Shown: positions 25,942-30,773 of the stretch, piece by piece
How positions within the stretch are numbered: position 1 is the first letter of the stretch
Layout: the number at the start of each line of letters is the position of its first letter
Source of the DNA: a virus
Taxonomy: Duplodnaviria > Caudoviricetes
DNA: 30,773 bases
Virus record (IMG/VR): IMGVR_UViG_3300024264_000117
Coordinates: 1-30,773 of that record
Strand: one strand, 5' to 3'
Program-made: the position numbers and the translations under genes
Notes under the pieces: model-generated
What the model saw: only the letters and a program-made list of their open reading frames with translations
Told to the model about the DNA's origin: nothing
Databases searched by the model: none

Positions 25942-27810
25942 CTAGATTTCACATGCTCCTCCAGTACATGCTAACGTCTGCGCTCCTTCCGTAACATCAC
26001 TTGCTTCTGTGATGTCCCACTCAATGCTATTAGGCATTGCCTTCTTCATTTCCTTGTATTGTTCCTTGTTGATCTCTTCATAGGGTGCTTGCTCATATGA
26101 GTGATCACTAAAAGGCAAGAATGACACACCACTACAATCATCGAAATTGTTATAAAGCCAACTGCCAATATTAAGAAACTCATCATCTCTATAATATACA
26201 GTAATAGATGGTTTATGTTCGCACCAATGTTTCTGATATACATCCCACAGCTCCAACTGTTCCATCCCTGTCTGAGATGCAGACATCACAGCCCCTGTTG
26301 GTGCTTTCTGTGGGAAGCTAAACACCAGTGTTGAGGGTGATCTGACATCGACCTCTGATTCTATTCCCGCATCGCTGAGTACGCTGCATAAAGGATCATT
26401 AATATCAGCCCTGACCCGCCTAACATAATAAGGAGCAAACCTTCCATGTATGCCAGAAGCACTATCCACAAGCTGAGACACAGTGCCGCTAGGCTTAACA
26501 CAAGTGATAGCGGCTGCTTGGTTAATCCCAAGTTTCTCAGCCCACTTCTTGTTTGTTGCCACAGCTTCTGCTTTAAGTGATTCAAGTAGATCAGGAAGTC
26601 CATCTTTATATACCCCGTTGGTTAGTTTACAATCTTGAATACCAGTCATAGACACACCAAGCAATGCTTCGTCTTGGGTGTTCTGCTTCCACTTACTACG
26701 TAGATATCGGAAGTCTGTTAGAGTAGCTTGCAGTGTTCCAAGAATAGTAGCAAGTCGTACCTTTCGCTTAAGTACGTCAGCTGTATCAGTGGATCGCACG
26801 ACAACTTCGGATAGATTACAGAACTGATTTGGTCTAAGGATAATCTCGCTGCATGGGTTTGTTCCAAAGTCATAGTCAGCGTCTCGTCTACCATTCTTTG
26901 CAGCTTGTCGTTGACTTGCCACCCTACTGAAGAACCCACGTTCTCCACTCCTGCTTTCATATAAGCTACTCCACTCGTTTAGGAAAGCCTCAAAGTCAGG
27001 CTTCTCTGTATAACACGCAGAGTTGTTAGCTAATCCTCTATGAGGTGCATCAAGCCACCACTGACCATGCTTCGCTCTGCGTATACGATCATCTGTCAGG
27101 TTGGATAGGCTTATTAATGCTGATCTACGTACACCACCCACAACTACGATCTCAGCGATCTTACAGCACAGGTCATGTGACTCTACGCTTGATAGTTTAC
27201 GTCCAGCAGCACCCTTAAACAAGGCTACAGTGAACGTGAACAACTCTACCAAGGGAGCAGGGCCACTAGCACGGCCACCAAAGGTCTTTAACGGCTCTCC
27301 TGCTGCACGTACTCGACTGACATCCCAGCTAGGTACTTGACCTACAAGCAGCAGACTGATCAGCTCTCTGAATGCCTTAGCCCAGCCTACCTTAGAGTCG
27401 CTGACATGGATTGTTGTGTCCGTAGGGAAGAACTCTTCAGCAATAGTAGGCAACTTACCTACATACTGTCGTTCAACAGAGAACCCCACACCTGTACCAC
27501 ACAACAAGATGTACATCAGCTCGTCGAATGATCTAGGGCTGTCGATGGTAAGGTAACTACAGTTGAATCCAGCTACGTTGTCCCTGTCTAGGGCTTCACC
27601 TGCTGTCATCAACGCTCTCATGGATGGCATGACCTCAAGGTTGGTGATAGCTTCTCGTAGCTCCTCACCTGTCTTGTCATCTAAGCTGCCACGCTTCTTA
27701 AAGAATGAGATGTAACGATCTACTGTTTCATCCCACGTTTCACGACGCTGTTCCTCTGGTAGGTAACGTGCGTACCTGCTTTTATGAATGTAACTTTGAT
27801 AAATATCCAT
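25942..27810 (-). CDS. nrdJ: Class II (adenosylcobalamin-dependent) ribonucleotide reductase
   Basis: FNC, GTNPCSEI, FCNLSE, TCVKPSGTVSQL and C-terminal ACTGGACEI. No small-subunit gene adjacent and no C-terminal YY pair just before the Cys tail. Start at ATG 27810 (TGATG overlap). Confidence 0.88.
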   Translation of the reverse strand: MDIYQSYIHKSRYARYLPEEQRRETWDETVDRYISFFKKRGSLDDKTGEELREAITNLEVMPSMRALMTAGEALDRDNVAGFNCSYLTIDSPRSFDELMYILLCGTGVGFSVERQYVGKLPTIAEEFFPTDTTIHVSDSKVGWAKAFRELISLLLVGQVPSWDVSRVRAAGEPLKTFGGRASGPAPLVELFTFTVALFKGAAGRKLSSVESHDLCCKIAEIVVVGGVRRSALISLSNLTDDRIRRAKHGQWWLDAPHRGLANNSACYTEKPDFEAFLNEWSSLYESRSGERGFFSRVASQRQAAKNGRRDADYDFGTNPCSEIILRPNQFCNLSEVVVRSTDTADVLKRKVRLATILGTLQATLTDFRYLRSKWKQNTQDEALLGVSMTGIQDCKLTNGVYKDGLPDLLESLKAEAVATNKKWAEKLGINQAAAITCVKPSGTVSQLVDSASGIHGRFAPYYVRRVRADINDPLCSVLSDAGIESEVDVRSPSTLVFSFPQKAPTGAVMSASQTGMEQLELWDVYQKHWCEHKPSITVYYRDDEFLNIGSWLYNNFDDCSGVSFLPFSDHSYEQAPYEEINKEQYKEMKKAMPNSIEWDITEASDVTEGAQTLACTGGACEI

Positions 27811-27944
27811 CACTTCTTGTCCTTCTTATCTTTTGATTTGCTGTCTTTAAGTTTCTTGTACTCTTTCTTAAAGATAGCGTCAAAGTTCTTATCGAATGTC
27901 TCACGATCTGGTATAGGTCGTGGGCTACTGCCTTTACCTGACAT
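27810..27944 (-). CDS. Small basic hypothetical protein (44 aa)
   Basis: Not in the ORF track. GGAGG RBS at 27949-27953: MSGKGSSPRPIPDRETFDKNFDAIFKKEYKKLKDSKSKDKKDKK*. Coupled to nrdJ. Confidence 0.75.
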   Translation of the reverse strand: MSGKGSSPRPIPDRETFDKNFDAIFKKEYKKLKDSKSKDKKDKK

Positions 27945-27952
27945 AGTACCTC

Positions 27953-28216
27953 CTAGTGCAGGATATCATCGTCATCATGGCCTGACATATTAAGTATAAG
28001 ACCTAGCTTAGACGACTCTAGCATAAACACAGTGTCAGCTATACATACATTGGTAGCTACAGTGGTGTATCCTTCGGGGTCGGACACAACTAAAGAGAAA
28101 TCATACTGATCTGTAGTATCTAAGTATGGCATCTGCTCTACAGCTTTAAGTATCTTATCTTTTGTCGTGTTCTTATCTGTGTCTTTACCTTCAAACCTAC
28201 CTTTAACTACTTTCAT
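27953..28216 (-). CDS. Hypothetical protein (87 aa)
   Basis: ORF track. AAGGAG RBS and TAATG coupling. Confidence 0.7.
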   Translation of the reverse strand: MKVVKGRFEGKDTDKNTTKDKILKAVEQMPYLDTTDQYDFSLVVSDPEGYTTVATNVCIADTVFMLESSKLGLILNMSGHDDDDILH

Positions 28217-28572
28217 TAGCTGTTCTCCTTGTTAACTATTGAAGTAAGTTTATGAAGATACCAGCCAGCCTTCTGCAAGTCCTCTACCTGCTTACCCTTG
28301 TAGTCATAACGCCACAGATACTTCATGCAGTTGCCCTTGAGGTAGCCTTTGAATGCAACACTGGACATGGACTCCTCTATTGCATCAATACACTCTATGT
28401 TGCCAGTGTTATAATGACTAGGCTTGTTAACTACATCCTCTTCCCACGCCTCAGAGGCTTCATCATGCGCTGCTCTCATCCATGCATCTAAGCCAGTGGC
28501 TTGCTTTTCAATAGCAGGGGCATCGGTGCGTAGTCTATCCCAGTCAGCTGGTGTTGCGTCATTAAGTCTCAT
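28216..28572 (-). CDS. DUF3310 / T7 gp1.7-like putative nucleotide kinase
   Basis: VNKPSHY...IECIDAI...GNCMKYLWRY..K...EDLQKAGWYL. Start moved to ATG at 28572 (GAGGA RBS). Confidence 0.8.
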   Translation of the reverse strand: MRLNDATPADWDRLRTDAPAIEKQATGLDAWMRAAHDEASEAWEEDVVNKPSHYNTGNIECIDAIEESMSSVAFKGYLKGNCMKYLWRYDYKGKQVEDLQKAGWYLHKLTSIVNKENS

Positions 28573-28726
28573 TTTCCAAATCCTCTTCAAGAGTATCTAA
28601 CCTGTCTTCGATATTGTCTTTGAACTTAGCCACTATATCGTTGCTCGATATATCTAGTACCTCAAGCAGAGTTACCTCGTCAATTCGAGACAGGCGCTCA
28701 CATACTTCTTCAAATGTTAGTGCCAT
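28562..28726 (-). CDS. Small acidic hypothetical protein (54 aa)
   Basis: Start moved to ATG at 28726 (GGAG RBS at 28734-28737): MALTFEEVCERLSRIDEVTLLEVLDISS... Confidence 0.75.
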   Translation of the reverse strand: MALTFEEVCERLSRIDEVTLLEVLDISSNDIVAKFKDNIEDRLDTLEEDLENET

Positions 28727-29483
28727 ACTTCTTCTCCAAATAAGACATGGATACAGGCATCTCGTCGAACTGTCCTTTATCAACCTCGTGCAGCATCCAT
28801 ACACCACGCCATGAACTATTGGTTTGATGGTTCAGATATTCCTCGTCGTGCTGATAATAAATGCCAGCGAACAACCCAGTTATCCTAGAGCCATCAGCTC
28901 TCCTATCGTATGCACACTCCCTATCTTGAACATGACCCATGATACAGCTCTGATGTTTCTTAGCTAGTAAAGCACGGGCGCTGCTAACAGGTCTACCCAT
29001 AATCCCGCTGGTGAAGTAGTGACAGTACGCCACGGAATCTATAATGACAGGCTCCAAGAAGTCATACACTTCCCAACCATACTGCTGTAGCTTTAAGTCT
29101 TGATACCCAATCAGACCTTCGAGTTTAGCGTCACCTTCGATTGCTCTCTCGATTCTCTGCTCATGGTTACCTAGAGTAAACACTAGCCGTGGAGTCCATA
29201 TCTTCTTGCGGTTCTGTCTGAGCCTACGCTGCTCGTCCCTGATGGGCTTCAGGAACGCTTGCATACCTGCGTGACCTGCTTCAATATCCTTAGTGTAGCG
29301 TCTACCCTCAAAGCTACGAGTCCCTCTATCCCAGCTCGACAGTGCCTCCATATCCCAGTGATCACCAAGATGTACAATAACATCAGGCTTCTTGTCAGCA
29401 GCGTATTGTCCTGCCCAACTTAGATGCTCGAATGTCTGATCTGGTTTACACTGAGTATCAGGTATAACTAAATGCTTAGTCAT
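28710..29483 (-). CDS. Calcineurin-like metallophosphoesterase
   Basis: Start moved to ATG at 29483 (GAGG RBS). Motifs IPDTQ, LGDHWD, LGNHE, YCH and MGHVQ. Confidence 0.85.
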   Translation of the reverse strand: MTKHLVIPDTQCKPDQTFEHLSWAGQYAADKKPDVIVHLGDHWDMEALSSWDRGTRSFEGRRYTKDIEAGHAGMQAFLKPIRDEQRRLRQNRKKIWTPRLVFTLGNHEQRIERAIEGDAKLEGLIGYQDLKLQQYGWEVYDFLEPVIIDSVAYCHYFTSGIMGRPVSSARALLAKKHQSCIMGHVQDRECAYDRRADGSRITGLFAGIYYQHDEEYLNHQTNSSWRGVWMLHEVDKGQFDEMPVSMSYLEKKYGTNI

Positions 29484-29862
29484 TTGATTTCCTCGCTTCA
29501 CGCTCTGCGTTGGTCTTGATCTGATGACAGGGTTTACACAACACCTGTAGTCCATCAGCTTCGCAGAACATATTCTCAACAAATTGTGGTAGGTCTTCGT
29601 ACTTCCTGAGCGTACCCGCTGGCACGATATGATCTACCTGTACTTCCTTATCTTTAAACCACTGCTTACACTCAGCACATTGGAATTCAAAGCGGTGACG
29701 CTGCCCTTTTACTGACTTCTTGGCAGCTGCTTTAGCGGCATAGCGTGGTGGGAATCTGCGGTTTGCTTCTCTTAGTGCAGACCGAATGAATCCCCAGTAT
29801 CTAGCCTCTGTCCACTTACCTCCTGCTCTGGTGCGTGGTACTAAGGTTCGCTTCTTCTTCAT
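29476..29862 (-). CDS. HNH endonuclease-like protein
   Basis: CAEC...VDHIVP...LQVLCKPCHQIKT zinc-finger HNH pattern. Confidence 0.8.
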   Translation of the reverse strand: MKKKRTLVPRTRAGGKWTEARYWGFIRSALREANRRFPPRYAAKAAAKKSVKGQRHRFEFQCAECKQWFKDKEVQVDHIVPAGTLRKYEDLPQFVENMFCEADGLQVLCKPCHQIKTNAEREARKSND

Positions 29863-30644
29863 TTGCTAACCCTTACTTGCAGCTTCTCTTTGCTGTCGAT
29901 ATCTGCTGACGATGGGGCTGGTGGTGGAGTGCCGCCTATTGGATTAGCACCTCCATGCTCAGACTTCCTAGTGGTAGGATCAACCCACCACTCGCCTTGA
30001 TACCTACGCAAGAATAACAATCTAGCGTTCTCATATAAAGCCTCAGTGTCACCCTTGTAGCAGGTGAGTACTGATTGATATAGGTCTTCTTCAGAGGTAC
30101 ACCACTCTAATGCTTTAGTGGCCTTGACCTCTCCGATACCTACACAACCTTGGATGTTGTCCACCCTGTCGCCAGTTAGCATCTGCTTGTATAGAAAGTA
30201 AACACCTTCCCACTCAGTTACTGTAGTCCACTCGTACTTGTTAAAGTTATAGTGCCTACATGGTACTTGAAGGAAGTCCTTATCTATACTAGCGATTACT
30301 GAATCGTGTCCGTGCAGTGTAGCAGCGATGGCAATCTCATCATCCGCTTCCTGACCCTCGACAACAAATGCATCCCACTTCTCAACCATGTAATCACGCA
30401 ATGCATAGAAGTGAGCTGGCTTTTCAGATTTCCTGTTACCCTTGTAAGGCTGTATCGTAGCCAGATCATTACGAAAGTTCCCTTTGCCAGTTAGGTACAG
30501 CTGGTAGGGGGCTGCATCGTCACAACCCCGAACCAGTGTATCCATGACTAAGTTGTTTAACTGGGAACACGCTACATCTAAGGTTTCATCTTGACAGGCA
30601 AAGCCTATGCGATAGCTTAAGATGTCAGCGTCGATGAATAACAT
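29859..30644 (-). CDS. 5'-3' exonuclease / RNase H (T7 gp6-like)
   Basis: IDAD, YKGNR, EADD, IDKD and GDRVDNIQGCVGIGEVKA motifs. Confidence 0.9.
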   Translation of the reverse strand: MLFIDADILSYRIGFACQDETLDVACSQLNNLVMDTLVRGCDDAAPYQLYLTGKGNFRNDLATIQPYKGNRKSEKPAHFYALRDYMVEKWDAFVVEGQEADDEIAIAATLHGHDSVIASIDKDFLQVPCRHYNFNKYEWTTVTEWEGVYFLYKQMLTGDRVDNIQGCVGIGEVKATKALEWCTSEEDLYQSVLTCYKGDTEALYENARLLFLRRYQGEWWVDPTTRKSEHGGANPIGGTPPPAPSSADIDSKEKLQVRVSK

Positions 30645-30773
30645 TAGATAACGTCATCCATGTTCAGAGCCTCACCACCACTGCCGTCCTTGTCGTACAC
30701 AGCTACCTCAGTGACGAGCAGCTTAGCCAAGCTAGGTGATGTACCCTGCTTGCCTTTGAAGTCCCAGTGATAT
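30644..30773 (-). CDS. C-terminus of a probable ssDNA-binding protein (T7 gp2.5-like), partial
   Basis: Not in the ORF track. ...YHWDFKGKQGTSPSLAKLLVTEVAVYDKDGSGGEALNMDDVI*, with an acidic tail and TAATG coupling to the exonuclease. Confidence 0.55.
   Translation of the reverse strand, partial: YHWDFKGKQGTSPSLAKLLVTEVAVYDKDGSGGEALNMDDVI

Noticed and set aside
25942-27810. Class I RNR, or intron/intein in RNR or terL
   Set aside because: No nrdB adjacent and the motifs fit class II; both genes are continuous and of normal length.
29476-29862. HNH gene as a self-splicing intron or mobile element
   Set aside because: It is free-standing and overlaps intact neighbours on both sides, with no intron structure around it.
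1-30773. Prophage boundary or alternative genetic code
   Set aside because: No host genes, att site or integrase; genes tile densely under the standard code with TAA, TAG and TGA all used as stops.

Overview
This window is about 31 kb of a tailed-phage genome of podovirus type, with no host genes, integrase or prophage boundary visible. It has three parts. (1) 1-3009, minus strand: small early hypothetical genes downstream of a sigma70-type promoter at about 3080-3106. (2) 3916-25893, plus strand: a complete morphogenesis arm with terS, terL, portal, scaffold, major capsid, adaptor, two tail fibres, tail hub and needle, ejection proteins, a pesticin-like muramidase and holin candidates. (3) 25942-30773, minus strand: the end of the replication arm (SSB-like, 5'-3' exonuclease, HNH, metallophosphoesterase, DUF3310-like, class II B12-dependent ribonucleotide reductase). 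The last two parts converge on a bidirectional terminator at about 25900. From memory, the terminase, capsid and two-arm layout resemble LUZ24/PaP3-like podoviruses; this was not searched. If so, the physical genome ends probably lie in the non-coding divergence zone at about 3125-3730. The most unusual signals are non-coding. Eight copies of a palindrome (consensus CTTATAAT-N3-ATTATAAG) are confined to the early region and supply the stop codon of three genes in identical register. Two tandem near-consensus Fur boxes and four TGNCA-N7-TGCCAATA (sigma54-like) sites cluster in the inferred terminal region. Several short ORFs missing from the supplied track were also found.
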